From the NCBI GenBank assembly GCA_038887515.1, contig JAWAKK010000002.1:288001-352000 (forward strand): DNA of 64,000 bases. Direction: 5' to 3'. The translations under genes were made by a program, and so were the position numbers. The notes under the pieces were generated by a model that ran no database searches, was not told where the DNA came from, and saw only the letters and a program-made list of their open reading frames with translations. Below, piece after piece: positions 9,550-19,731 of this stretch (its first letter is position 1; every line of letters begins with the position of its first letter). The DNA is from Candidatus Nezhaarchaeales archaeon (GTDB taxonomy: Archaea > Thermoproteota > Methanomethylicia > Nezhaarchaeales > WYZ-LMO8).

Positions 9550-10962
9550 ATGGCATCTATTACCACTTCCGCGCTTAAAGCAAGGAAGTATAGGACTATA
9601 AGTGAAATCGCGGGTCCACTCTTAATAGTCAAGAGTGTAAACGATGTAGCGTACAACGAGCTCGTTAAAATCGAGACAGGGACTGGAGAGATAAGGACAG
9701 GGGTAGTTTTGGAAAGCGCGGATGGTTACGCGGTCGTCCAGGTGTTCGAAGGAACAAGCGGTCTCGACGTTGAAAAGACGGGGGTAACTTTTCTAGGCGA
9801 GACATTGAAAGTTCCAGTCTCTATTGAAATGCTTGGAAGAATATTTGATGGTAAGGGGCAGCCAATAGACGGTGGACCTCAAATAATACCTGAAGAAGAG
9901 CTGGACGTATACGGCTCGCCAATAAACCCCTCAGCTCGTGAGTACCCTAAAGAGTTTATTCAAACTGGAATTAGCGTCATAGATGGCATGAATACCTTAA
10001 GCCGAGGCCAAAAGCTTCCCATGTTTACCGAGGCAGGTATGCCTCACAACACGTTAGCAGCACAAATAGCCCGTCAGGCTACAATCCCCGGTAAAGAAGA
10101 AGAATTCGCTATAGTCTTTGCAGCTATAGGAATCACCGCTGAGGAGGCCATGTTCTTTAGGAACGAGTTCATAAGGACGGGAGCAATAGAGAGACTAGTA
10201 ACTTTCTTAAACTTAGCTGAGAACCCGGCAATAGAACGAGTTGTAACTCCACATATGGCTCTAACGGTAGCTGAGTACCTCGCCTTTAAACACGATATGC
10301 ACGTGCTAGTCATAATGACTGACATGCTAAACTACGGTGAAGCTCTCCGAGAGATAAGTGCCGCGAGAGCTGAAGTTCCGGGCAGGAGAGGTTATCCCGG
10401 TTACCTCTATACGTCCTTAGCTCAAATATACGAGAGGTGCGGAAGAATTCATGGAAAGAAAGGCTCTATAACACTTATACCAGTAGTTACAATGCCCGGA
10501 GGCGATATTACACACCCGGTCGTTGACTTAACGGGCTACATCACTGAAGGTCAGCTAATAATGAGTAAAGAGTTGCACCGTAAAGGTATATACCCCCCGA
10601 TAAATCCTCTTCCATCACTTAGTAGACTAATGAAGGAGGCAACTAGATACACTAGGAAGGATCACATGCAGTTAAGCGACATGTTATACTATTGCTACAG
10701 TGAGGCTCAAGATTTAAGGAGCCTTGTAGCAGTTATCGGAGAAGAGGCGTTAACGGAACGTGACCGAGCCTACCTGGCTTTTGGAGAAGCGTTTGAGAGG
10801 CGCTTTATAAATCAAGGCGTGTACGAGAACAGAGATCTCGACAAAACGCTTGAAATAGCGTGGAACCTATTAATCGAATACATACCAGAGCCCGAGTGGA
10901 AGCGTCTCGATCCCGAGGTAATAAAGACTTACTGTCCAAAGTATCGGGGAAAGAAGGTTTAG
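9550..10962 (+). CDS. atpB: A/V-type ATP synthase subunit B
   Basis: [34 protein letters not shown]. Confidence 0.98.
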   Translation: MASITTSALKARKYRTISEIAGPLLIVKSVNDVAYNELVKIETGTGEIRTGVVLESADGYAVVQVFEGTSGLDVEKTGVTFLGETLKVPVSIEMLGRIFDGKGQPIDGGPQIIPEEELDVYGSPINPSAREYPKEFIQTGISVIDGMNTLSRGQKLPMFTEAGMPHNTLAAQIARQATIPGKEEEFAIVFAAIGITAEEAMFFRNEFIRTGAIERLVTFLNLAENPAIERVVTPHMALTVAEYLAFKHDMHVLVIMTDMLNYGEALREISAARAEVPGRRGYPGYLYTSLAQIYERCGRIHGKKGSITLIPVVTMPGGDITHPVVDLTGYITEGQLIMSKELHRKGIYPPINPLPSLSRLMKEATRYTRKDHMQLSDMLYYCYSEAQDLRSLVAVIGEEALTERDRAYLAFGEAFERRFINQGVYENRDLDKTLEIAWNLLIEYIPEPEWKRLDPEVIKTYCPKYRGKKV

Positions 10963-10970
10963 GTAAAGGT

Positions 10971-11750
10971 TCAGGTACAGGTCTTCGCCTTTTTCCTTCC
11001 GCCTACATGAACCCCTTCAACTATTTCCTTAAGCTTACTTTCCATATTCACTTTATCCTCGAGGACTGTTCCGGTAACGATTATATCAGCTCCAGCTTCA
11101 GCTAACGCCTGAGCTTGATCCTTCCTTCTTATCCCTCCGCCAACGATGAGCTTTATAGCTATTTGTCCCCTTACGAAGTTTACGGTATCTGGTGGCACAG
11201 GTTCCGGGGCGCCTGACCCCCCCTCTATGTAAAAGTACCTCATGCCTAGATACTGTGCAGCTAAAGCGTATAGGGCTATTACGTCAGCTTTATGGGGCGG
11301 TATGCTTCTCGCCTGGCCTACTATCCCTACAGTTCCACCATCACCCACTATTACATAGCCCATGGGCAAAGCTTCAAGCCCATACTTCTTGACTATAGCG
11401 GCGCCTTGTACTTGAGCGCCTATTATAAAGTAGGGGTTCATAGAATTTAAGAGCGACATGAACCATATGGCATCGGCATATCGGCTTATAGTGTTGACAT
11501 TGCTCGGAAATACTATTACTGGAAGGTTGCAGTTTTCCTTGATAGCTTTTATTACTTCATCCATCGTATGTTCATTGATGTTTAGACTTCCACCGACCAT
11601 TATGGCCGAGCTTCCTGCATCAACTACTACTCTGGCGACTTTAGCTGCCTCCATGGGGTTCAGCTTTTCAGGATCGAGTAGCGACACATGTATTGACCCT
11701 TTTTCTTCTATTTCATCATTGAGGTACTTTTCAACCCTCAATAGTTTCAC
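10971..11750 (-). CDS. Geranylgeranylglyceryl phosphate synthase
   Basis: LLDPEK, IMVGGS, FMSLLNS, YIEGGSGA, VGGGIR, VTGT. Confidence 0.93.
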   Translation of the reverse strand: MKLLRVEKYLNDEIEEKGSIHVSLLDPEKLNPMEAAKVARVVVDAGSSAIMVGGSLNINEHTMDEVIKAIKENCNLPVIVFPSNVNTISRYADAIWFMSLLNSMNPYFIIGAQVQGAAIVKKYGLEALPMGYVIVGDGGTVGIVGQARSIPPHKADVIALYALAAQYLGMRYFYIEGGSGAPEPVPPDTVNFVRGQIAIKLIVGGGIRRKDQAQALAEAGADIIVTGTVLEDKVNMESKLKEIVEGVHVGGRKKAKTCT

Positions 11751-11991
11751 CTCTGCTACTTAGTTCACCTGAATAATACTTGTCCACAAACGTGTTGTAA
11801 TAATGAACCGGTTCATAATTCTTTACTCTCTCCATTTTTAAGATTAAACCACAGTTAGAACATGAAATTACGACTTCTTCATTCTCACTTACTGTTACAC
11901 TGACTACATCGCAACTGGGACACCTAAATACCTTAGGAGGTTTACGCACTACCTTCTTAACTACCTTCCTTCTTTTCCTTCGACCACCCAT
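11731..11991 (-). CDS. elf1: Transcription elongation factor Elf1 homolog
   Basis: MGGRRKRRK basic N-terminus, FRCPSC...CSNC, YNTFVD. Confidence 0.85.
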   Translation of the reverse strand: MGGRRKRRKVVKKVVRKPPKVFRCPSCDVVSVTVSENEEVVISCSNCGLILKMERVKNYEPVHYYNTFVDKYYSGELSSRGETIEG

Positions 11992-12032
11992 TAAACTACA
12001 CCCTTATCCGAACGTTATTTCATAGAGAAAGA

Positions 12033-13166
12033 TTATCGTTTTAATCTTTCGTAGGCTATAAAGAAGGCTGTAATTGCTACTGTAATAGTTACAGCAATCG
12101 CTATCCACGTAGCAAAGATTACGGGAGACCTCGTGGGATCTAGTAGGAGTAGGGCCATTTCCACGAGCGGTTGCCTTAGTAAGATGCAGAATACCGCCGA
12201 TACAGCTTCATGCCATACCTTCTGCTTACTATTACTAGATAAGTGCTTGTGAAGTCCTTTTGCCGCCAATAGAATTACCGATGCTACTATTATGAGATCC
12301 AAGGGCGTAACGTCGAAAACTATAGAGCCTGCATTATAATTCTTCGGGTTTATGAGGAATATTCCTATGAGCGCTCCAAGGTTCATAAACTCGGTTAACG
12401 ACGCGTTCTTGCTTATGGCTGAAACTATTGCTGAGCCTCCCAAGTAAAGGGCTACTATGAATATTATCAGCGACACGAAGGAGCCGAAGAAGAGGACTGG
12501 GGCTGTAGACCAGCTATGAGATAAGCGTCTATCTATACTAAAGCCCTTAACTAACAATGTGAGCCCTATAATCAATAGTAAGGCTATTCCACCATAATGC
12601 GCGTAACCCACGCTGATAAGTATCGCTAAGGCCACTAGAAAGATTCCAGGTAAGCCTAAGAGGTACAGGGAATACCGTGGATTCTCAGCTATGCCCTTCA
12701 AATATCTTATAAATAGAGAGTAAGCGTCCTCTATTTCTCGTACTTGCTTAACTAGTACCCTATTTATGGAGACTATTGGAACCCTGGCCTGCAATATTGG
12801 TATAACTCGTTCATCCGATGCGCCATCACTAACGAATATTATCCCGTCGACACTGTACCTCTCAAGTATTTTATCAACTTCACTTGCAATTTTCATATCA
12901 GCTTTGACGCCGCCCTCTCTAACACCAGCAACGGTTGCTACTTCGCATTCAAACCCTTCCTTTACTAATTCATCGTAAAGCTTTATTGCTGCGAAGAGAG
13001 CATTAGCATCAGATTCGTCGGGCATTTTAAGTATAAATTCTGTAGCTACCTTAAGGTTCTCCTCTCTACCTATTATTGGCGTCTCGACCCCAGTAATGTT
13101 GCTTACATCTCCATCTCTATCGACGTATAGTACTAATAGCTTCTTTCCAAATGGAGAAGCCCTCAT
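12033..13166 (-). CDS. DUF373-family membrane protein
   Basis: LVLYVDRDGD, DESDANALF, FVSDGASDE, followed by TM helices. Confidence 0.85.
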   Translation of the reverse strand: MRASPFGKKLLVLYVDRDGDVSNITGVETPIIGREENLKVATEFILKMPDESDANALFAAIKLYDELVKEGFECEVATVAGVREGGVKADMKIASEVDKILERYSVDGIIFVSDGASDERVIPILQARVPIVSINRVLVKQVREIEDAYSLFIRYLKGIAENPRYSLYLLGLPGIFLVALAILISVGYAHYGGIALLLIIGLTLLVKGFSIDRRLSHSWSTAPVLFFGSFVSLIIFIVALYLGGSAIVSAISKNASLTEFMNLGALIGIFLINPKNYNAGSIVFDVTPLDLIIVASVILLAAKGLHKHLSSNSKQKVWHEAVSAVFCILLRQPLVEMALLLLDPTRSPVIFATWIAIAVTITVAITAFFIAYERLKR

Positions 13167-13177
13167 GGTTGAACACT

Positions 13178-14017
13178 TTAGAGTCTTACCCTCTTCCCCT
13201 TTTTAAGATCCTCAAGGACTTTTTCATAAATTTTTTCGAGTTCTTCTTCCTTTGCCTTAAACTTTGCAGCCTCTTCTTCCAACTTCTTCATTAATACTTC
13301 ATCTTTAACCTTCCTCTTTTTGCTAATGAGGCTCTTTAATTCTTCTCTCAATTCTTCTCTCTTCTTTTTGAAGATAACTATTTTCTCCTTAATAGTTTCA
13401 ATGCTCTTCTTGACTTCTTCTCTTCGCTGTATTAGAACCTTAAGTCTCTCTTGGAGACTTGAGATCTTTGATCTAAGTTTTTCAATCTCGTCTTTAAGCT
13501 CTTTCAACCCTACAGTTATTTGGTTGTAGATCTCCTCTCTTCTTTGTATCTCTTTCTCTTTCTCTATTAGCTTATCGGCTATGACCACCAGAAGCCTTAT
13601 ATCTTCAATGAATTTCACCATCTTCTTCTCTTCTTCAGGGCTCAGCGAAGATGTTTGATATTTCCACTCTAAGTCGTCCAGCGTTTTTCTTAACTCATTG
13701 GGATCTCTGCGTCCAAGCTTTGGTCGCAGATTCCTAGTTTCATCCCTCAACTTTCTTAGTTCACTTACTAGTTTCTTTAACTCTTCTTTTCTACTTTGTA
13801 GCTCTTTCTTCTTTATTAGGAGTTCATCCTTTGTACTTTTGATTTCTTGTATTACTTGTGCTATCTCGCTTCTAACCTCATTCCTTTCTTTCTTTTTCTC
13901 TTCAAGGTCTCTGTACAAGCAATTAAGCTCTTCCCTAATTTTATTTAGTTCGCCTCTTAACTTCGCCTCCTTCTTTGCTCCTTCATCACTACCTGGGTTG
14001 GCGTTCAAGGCCGACAC
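13178..14017 (-). CDS. Archaeal coiled-coil protein (COG1340-like)
   Basis: K/E-rich heptads, LEWKYQTSSLSPEEEKK, KKGKRV end. Confidence 0.75.
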   Translation of the reverse strand: MSALNANPGSDEGAKKEAKLRGELNKIREELNCLYRDLEEKKKERNEVRSEIAQVIQEIKSTKDELLIKKKELQSRKEELKKLVSELRKLRDETRNLRPKLGRRDPNELRKTLDDLEWKYQTSSLSPEEEKKMVKFIEDIRLLVVIADKLIEKEKEIQRREEIYNQITVGLKELKDEIEKLRSKISSLQERLKVLIQRREEVKKSIETIKEKIVIFKKKREELREELKSLISKKRKVKDEVLMKKLEEEAAKFKAKEEELEKIYEKVLEDLKKGKRVRL

Positions 14018-14032
14018 CTAACAACTTTATTA

Positions 14033-14824
14033 TCACTCGCTGTCAACTCTAAATGGACCCACGTCAACAAATTCCTCTTCACCACCAGCAAAAATTCTTT
14101 GAAGTTGGGCAAACAATTCATCTAAACCTTCACCTGTTACTGAAGATACCGGAACGATATTCGTCAAGCTCTCAAGCTCCATTAATACATACATGAGGTT
14201 CCGACTGAAATCGCCCAGCAAAGCGTTTTCCTCCTTCCTCATAATGCTACATATATAATCTACATGCTCAAACCATTTTGTAGCTACTTCGCGATCCTTT
14301 CTAGTTAATAAATCTGACTTAGACAGTACACATATTTGAGGTTTAAGTAGGCTAAATTGAACGGATGCTGATAGAAGTAACGAAGCAGCGAGACCGCTAG
14401 GCCTCCTCATAAGGCTTGCATCAACAAGGTATGCAACTGCAGTCCTATCAGAACATAGTGTTGATATTATAGCTCTTCCAGCATCCCTAAAAGCAAATAA
14501 CTCCATTTGGCCGGGGGTATCTACTAATATGTAGAGGGGGTTATCCTTTTCAGCTTCTTCTTTTAACTTTTCGGCAAAACTAGCTATCATGTCTGCACAG
14601 GCTATGAACGCTCCATTGGGTCCCAAAGTAAGCTCGATCATGACCTTCTCGAAATCTATGTAATCTCTAACATCGATGTCGGGTCCGTAAGGTAACCATT
14701 TAGCTCCCGGATCTAGGTTTACAGTTACAACGTCTTGATCCCTCTCTCGGAGCCATCTAGAGAACGAGTCAACTAGTGTAGATTTTCCTGAGCCGGCCGT
14801 ACCTACAAAGTACACATAAAACAT
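14033..14824 (-). CDS. GPN-loop GTPase
   Basis: GTAGSGKST, NLDPG, LGPNG, DTPGQME; start set at the second Met. Confidence 0.92.
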   Translation of the reverse strand: MFYVYFVGTAGSGKSTLVDSFSRWLRERDQDVVTVNLDPGAKWLPYGPDIDVRDYIDFEKVMIELTLGPNGAFIACADMIASFAEKLKEEAEKDNPLYILVDTPGQMELFAFRDAGRAIISTLCSDRTAVAYLVDASLMRRPSGLAASLLLSASVQFSLLKPQICVLSKSDLLTRKDREVATKWFEHVDYICSIMRKEENALLGDFSRNLMYVLMELESLTNIVPVSSVTGEGLDELFAQLQRIFAGGEEEFVDVGPFRVDSE

Positions 14825-14849
14825 AGATCGACCAGTTCCTCCATGCACT

Positions 14850-15048
14850 TTAATCCTTTTTGCTTAGCCACCATTTAAGATACTCCTTCTTCGAATAGTT
14901 TTCACCATTTTTCGGCCTTCTTCCTCCGAGAGCTACTATAAATATTATATTCCTCTAGGGTCATAGTCAATCCGCAACCCTTACATATGTATCGTTGCGC
15001 TAACCTATCATAACTAAAATCTCCACAACACTCAGGGCACTTAACCAA
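14850..15048 (-). CDS. Small zinc-ribbon protein with an apparent 1-nt frameshift (not in ORF track)
   Basis: TTG start after GGTGG; MVKCPECCGD...YICKGCG; removing one A from the A5 run (14908-14912) gives ...KEYLKWWLSKKD*. Confidence 0.6.
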
Positions 15049-15148
15049 GATAACCACCTTCAAATTCAAGGAGATCTTTGAACAGCAATTTAAATGTGTT
15101 CTTAAACGGAGACATAAGCTTATTAGCTTTCTAAGTCGTCAATCTAAC

Positions 15149-16177
15149 GTGTACAGTCTCCTTCTAATTCTTTCTGGAGAACATCAAACTCTACCAGTAG
15201 CCGAAGTCAAGGCCACCTTAGAGGCTGAGAGTTTTAATTTTAGACTACGTGAATTCGAGCAACCAATACTGATAATAGAAGTAGATAACCAAGAAGTACA
15301 CAAGATCTTAGAGAAGAGGCTCGCCATGACTTTAGAGGGAATAGCTCTTCTGTTTAAATGTGAAGCTGATATTAAAGGGGTCGAGAACTCTTTAAAGGAT
15401 ATAGACCTTAGTTTTCTTGAAGGTAAGACTATTGCTGTGAGAGTGACCAAGAAGATTCGACGTGATGACATTAAGTCGATAGATCTTGAGAGAAAAATTG
15501 GAGCAATGATCCTAAACAAGACCAAGAACGTGAAGGTCAACTTGAGGAGCCCAGATATAGTACTTAGAGGTGTGCTGACTTCTTCGTTTTACTTTGGTGT
15601 TAGAAAGTTCCAAGTTGATCGGGGGACTTACGACCTTCGAAGACCACGATATCGACCTTTCTTTCATCCAGGAAGCCTTGAACCGAGAGTTTGTAGAGTT
15701 TTCGTCAACTTGGCTAGGACAAAGAAAGGCTCGACATTCTTAGATCCATTTAATGGTACTGGAGGCTTTTCCATAGAGGCTAGCATGATAGGGTGCCAGG
15801 TTATAGGTCTCGACCTAGACGATGATATGTGTCACGGAGCGCTGAGGAACATGAAAGCCCTCAAGTGCGAGTATGTAGGTATGGTAAGAGGCGACGCGCG
15901 TAAATTGCCTATGATGAGGGAATCTATAGATAGTATTGCAACAGACCCCCCTTATGGAAGGGCTACGTCACTAAAGAAAATATTGCTTAAGGAGTTGTTG
16001 CAAGATTTTTTAAATCAAGCCGAAGAAATTCTTAAGAAAGGGGGATATCTCTGTTTTGCGCATCCGTCCTGGCTTACAGACTTTAGCATTCCGAGCCGTA
16101 TGATAATCGTAGAGCAGCACGCTATGAAGGTCCATAGATCTCTGACAAGAAAAATCACAGTTTTAAGGAGGTTGTAA
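15149..16177 (+). CDS. trm11: tRNA (guanine-10-N2) methyltransferase, THUMP plus MTase domains
   Basis: SGEH N-terminus, RPFFHPG, LDPFNGTGG, TDPPYGR, VHRSLTR. Confidence 0.9.
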   Translation: MYSLLLILSGEHQTLPVAEVKATLEAESFNFRLREFEQPILIIEVDNQEVHKILEKRLAMTLEGIALLFKCEADIKGVENSLKDIDLSFLEGKTIAVRVTKKIRRDDIKSIDLERKIGAMILNKTKNVKVNLRSPDIVLRGVLTSSFYFGVRKFQVDRGTYDLRRPRYRPFFHPGSLEPRVCRVFVNLARTKKGSTFLDPFNGTGGFSIEASMIGCQVIGLDLDDDMCHGALRNMKALKCEYVGMVRGDARKLPMMRESIDSIATDPPYGRATSLKKILLKELLQDFLNQAEEILKKGGYLCFAHPSWLTDFSIPSRMIIVEQHAMKVHRSLTRKITVLRRL

Positions 16178-16179
16178 CC

Positions 16180-17091
16180 TTGATTCGAATAGTTTTCTTG
16201 GGCACTTCGGCCAGTGTACCCACAAAAAGTAGGGCCTTACCTTCAATCATGGTCATTAGGGATGGGGAGCAAATACTTTTTGATTGCGGCGAAGGGACTC
16301 AACAACAGATGATAAAAGCTGGGATAGGCATGAGGAAGAAGCTAAGGATCTTCATAACGCACATGCATGCAGACCACGTATTAGGCTTGGCAGGAATTCT
16401 AATGTCGTTATCGTTGACGGGTAGGCGAGATCCCCTTGAGATCTATGGTCCACCTAAAATATCCTCGTTTCTCGAATCCATGAAATGTCTCTTTAATTTC
16501 AATCCAACGTTCGACATAATAGTTCGTAAGGTTTCTAGCGGCGTAGTTTACCAAGGAAAGGGTTTTAAGATAATAGCTTTCAATGTGAAACACATAGAAG
16601 AATCCTATGGATACGCCTTAGTAGAGGACCCAAGGCCAGGAAGGTTTAATCCAAAGAGAGCTGAGGAGCTTGGTGTTCCAAAGGGTCCCTTGTGGAAGGC
16701 TCTTCAAGATGGTAAGTCTATTAGAATTGGTGAACGTGAAGTAAAACCCGAAGACGTTATGGGTCCCCTTCGTAAGGGCCTCAAAGTGGTATATAGTGGA
16801 GATACGGCCCCTACGCATGAAGTTGTTGAAGTCTCTAAGAATGCTGACTTGCTAATCCATGAAGCTACGTTCGACGACTCTTTGAAAGACATAGCAGCTA
16901 ACGAACTTCACAGCACGGCTAGTCAAGCTGCTAGCATAGCATTAGAAGCTAACGTAAAAATGTTGGCATTAACACATATAAGCCCTAGATATGAGGATCC
17001 GAGCATACTCTTGAGTCAAGCAAAAAAGATATTTGATAATACATTGATTGCGGAAGATCTTATGAGCATAGATTTGGCTTGGTCAAACTAG
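16180..17091 (+). CDS. rnz: Ribonuclease Z
   Basis: FLGTSASVP, DCGEGTQ, THMHADH, HEATF, THISPRY. Confidence 0.96.
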   Translation: MIRIVFLGTSASVPTKSRALPSIMVIRDGEQILFDCGEGTQQQMIKAGIGMRKKLRIFITHMHADHVLGLAGILMSLSLTGRRDPLEIYGPPKISSFLESMKCLFNFNPTFDIIVRKVSSGVVYQGKGFKIIAFNVKHIEESYGYALVEDPRPGRFNPKRAEELGVPKGPLWKALQDGKSIRIGEREVKPEDVMGPLRKGLKVVYSGDTAPTHEVVEVSKNADLLIHEATFDDSLKDIAANELHSTASQAASIALEANVKMLALTHISPRYEDPSILLSQAKKIFDNTLIAEDLMSIDLAWSN

Positions 17092-17891
17092 CGCAACATC
17101 TTATCGATAACACTAAAGCTTTTCTGAACATCCTTAAAGTTCATAACCTCTATAGTCAACCCACCAACGAGCTTCAACCCCTTCACTAAAGGTAATATTA
17201 AGGCCCAATTTACCGTCCCCGAGCCTACAGCTAAGTGACCATCACTCTTGCCATCGTTGTCGTGCAAGTGTAAGTGCAGTATACGGTCTCCAACTCTTAA
17301 GAGGTAATCTCGCGCCTCGTAGGTATTAATGGTGTTGGTGTGGCCTATATCTAGGGTAAGTCCCAACATCTCCAACGCGTGTATTTCCTCCATAAACCGG
17401 ATGGCATCCTTGTATGAACGAATTGCAGCGGAGACATCAGAGGGCATATTTTCGACCCCTACGTAAATGTCCAGGTCGTTTGCAAGTTTGTTTAAGCGCT
17501 TAAGCGAGTCCAAGAACAAGTTCCATGAAACTTTGGGCTTAAGAAAATCAAGTGGGGATATAAAGCCAGAGTGTATGACAACAAGTTTCGCATCGATTTC
17601 GTAAGCATGCCTAATTGAGTCCTCGATAAGCTTTAGAGCCACGGCCCTTAAAGCATTTTGTGGCGTCGATATATTTATGCCATCGAATGGTGCATGAACC
17701 ACGTAGTTTAAAGAATATGTTTTCTTTAGCTCATTGAGCTCTCGAACCTTTTTACTGTCTAATCTATGGTTCCACTCGTCGACTATCTCTATATTGTTGA
17801 AGCCTAAGTCCACAGCCTTCATCATGAACCTTTTCAATGGCTTAAGTGCGCCTGCCAAGGACGACAGAAAAACTTTCATACAACCTCTCAC
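17088..17891 (-). CDS. Sugar phosphate isomerase/epimerase-family TIM barrel
   Basis: HAPF, VIHSG, VENMP, LDIGH, HLHDNDG. Confidence 0.85.
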   Translation of the reverse strand: MRGCMKVFLSSLAGALKPLKRFMMKAVDLGFNNIEIVDEWNHRLDSKKVRELNELKKTYSLNYVVHAPFDGINISTPQNALRAVALKLIEDSIRHAYEIDAKLVVIHSGFISPLDFLKPKVSWNLFLDSLKRLNKLANDLDIYVGVENMPSDVSAAIRSYKDAIRFMEEIHALEMLGLTLDIGHTNTINTYEARDYLLRVGDRILHLHLHDNDGKSDGHLAVGSGTVNWALILPLVKGLKLVGGLTIEVMNFKDVQKSFSVIDKMLR

Positions 17892-18316
17892 CTAGGCGTC
17901 TCCCTTTCAAAAAGGGGTTTACCTTTCGAGGTAGGCGGCGCTAACCAATCTATTACAGCTCTCGAATCAACTTCGGATATCTCCACCTTGACTGGTCCTA
18001 GGGGCGATTCACCTTCAGGTAGGCAGAACGTGATGTAATCCATGAAGGCGGCTTGCTTATGTAGATAAAAGGTAACTTTATGGCCATTCGACAATCTAAT
18101 CATAGTAGATCTCGCAGCATCCAAGATTCTTTGTTCTCTCAACTTTGAATGCAATTTTTTAAGGGCATCAGCCTTATCGGCCTCCGCTATTAGAATCTTC
18201 TGATTTCCTCTTTCTTCTACTCTCATCGTGGAAGGTGTGAAAAAGTTTAAAACCGCCCTTTTTACCTTCTCCTCATCTTCTGTTGGTCTTATCTCTACCT
18301 CAACTCTTATCTTCAC
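17888..18316 (-). CDS. UPF0201/DUF54 RNA-binding protein
   Basis: RPTEDEEKV, ILDAAR, HKQAA, ESPLGP. Confidence 0.88.
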   Translation of the reverse strand: MKIRVEVEIRPTEDEEKVKRAVLNFFTPSTMRVEERGNQKILIAEADKADALKKLHSKLREQRILDAARSTMIRLSNGHKVTFYLHKQAAFMDYITFCLPEGESPLGPVKVEISEVDSRAVIDWLAPPTSKGKPLFERETPR

Positions 18317-18318
18317 AC

Positions 18319-18900
18319 TTACCCCTCTTTAATTAAATGAGCTAACATCTTTTTGGCTTCCTCCTTAAACTCCTCCAAAGTGCCGTTATTTACTATCATG
18401 TAATCCGCTAATGCTATCACGTTCCCCAGTCCTAGTGAAAGTTCTTTAAAATCTCGTTCTCGCATTTCTTCAAAGCTTTGAGGATCACCCTCTCTAGCTC
18501 TTCTCTTTAACCGAATGTATCTATCAACTGGGGAGCTATGAATAGCTAGGATTACCACTTCTCCTATGGACTTGAACTCCTCTACTTCGTCGAGACTCCT
18601 TACACCTTCAACGACTGCAATACTCCAATTTTCGTGTAACATAACTTTTAAGACTCTTCTAGCTATAACCCTCGGTCCCTCTTTCTCCCTTAACTCGAAC
18701 ATAGCTTTCTTCACGTCTTCCCACGAAAGCCTTTCTCTCTCTCTTAAAACTTCTTCACGTATTATATCGCCCATAGAATAAACCTTTAAGCCCATGTTTC
18801 GGGCTACATCCGCGACTACTGTTTTCCCAGCTCCAGGCATACCAGTTAAACATATCAGCTTCTTCAATGAAAGTTCACCTCTTAACTTTCTCAAAACCAT
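18319..18900 (-). CDS. UPF0200 P-loop kinase (dephospho-CoA kinase-like)
   Basis: TGMPGAGKT, SMGDIIREE, EGVRS, GLGNVIALAD; true start probably slightly downstream. Confidence 0.85.
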   Translation of the reverse strand: MVLRKLRGELSLKKLICLTGMPGAGKTVVADVARNMGLKVYSMGDIIREEVLRERERLSWEDVKKAMFELREKEGPRVIARRVLKVMLHENWSIAVVEGVRSLDEVEEFKSIGEVVILAIHSSPVDRYIRLKRRAREGDPQSFEEMRERDFKELSLGLGNVIALADYMIVNNGTLEEFKEEAKKMLAHLIKEG

Positions 18901-19708
18901 GTTCCCTAGTCCTTATGTACACATTCGATAAGCCCTCGCCTATAGCTGCATTAGCCATCGTAATTAGCTCTTGTCTAGTAGGAGACTTCAAGCTCTTAAG
19001 GGAAGGGTCAAGGAGTTCAGCTTCAGGTCTAAATTGCTGAATTACAAGCCTAGTAACTCCGCGAACCCTCCTAGCAACTTCTCTAACGTAATCTACATTG
19101 CAAGTTAACCCTGGAACTGCGAGGAATCTTGCTTCAACCTCGATGTTAGACCTTAAAAGCAAATCGAGGGACTTCCCAATATTACTTACTATGGCCTCTC
19201 CCTGCCCCATTAACCCTATTACTCTCTCGTAAATCTTTGGATCTAATGGAGCTTTTATATCGATCGCTACTCTATCAACGAGTTGCTCTTTAAGTAATTC
19301 TTCTATCACGTTAGGAATTGAACCGTTGGTGTCAATTCCTACGCTAAGACTCTTCCTTTTTAACTCTCTACATAAGTCGATTAACCCTTCAGCTTGTAAG
19401 GTACATTCCCCGCCAGATATCACAACTCCATCGATTAGCGGCTTACTTCTCAAGACCAACTTAATGACTTCGTCGACCTCTAAAACCTTACCATAACTTG
19501 GATCCACGAGTCTTCCATTTTGACAGAAAGGACATCTAAAATTACATCCCGAGAAGAAAACCACATTACAAATTTTCAATGGCCAGTCGACCGTTGATAC
19601 GTCGACGATTCCGCCTATCTTGACTTTCGAGCTTCCTGCCTCTTTCAACAGAAACACCACCAGCCTTTTAAAGTTCTGGAGGAAAAACAATTTTTCTTCT
19701 TTGCGCAA
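18875..19708 (-). CDS. Anaerobic ribonucleotide reductase activase-like radical SAM protein
   Basis: STVDWP, GCNFRCPFCQN, ISGGECT, DTNGS, DIKAP; start probably downstream of 19708. Confidence 0.85.
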   Translation of the reverse strand: MRKEEKLFFLQNFKRLVVFLLKEAGSSKVKIGGIVDVSTVDWPLKICNVVFFSGCNFRCPFCQNGRLVDPSYGKVLEVDEVIKLVLRSKPLIDGVVISGGECTLQAEGLIDLCRELKRKSLSVGIDTNGSIPNVIEELLKEQLVDRVAIDIKAPLDPKIYERVIGLMGQGEAIVSNIGKSLDLLLRSNIEVEARFLAVPGLTCNVDYVREVARRVRGVTRLVIQQFRPEAELLDPSLKSLKSPTRQELITMANAAIGEGLSNVYIRTREHGFEKVKR

Positions 19709-19731
19709 AATAGGTTTGGAGGGTTATTTAA

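Noticed and set aside
13178-14017. CT-rich low-complexity tract resembling a repeat array
   Set aside because: Explained by Lys/Glu codons of the minus-strand coiled-coil protein
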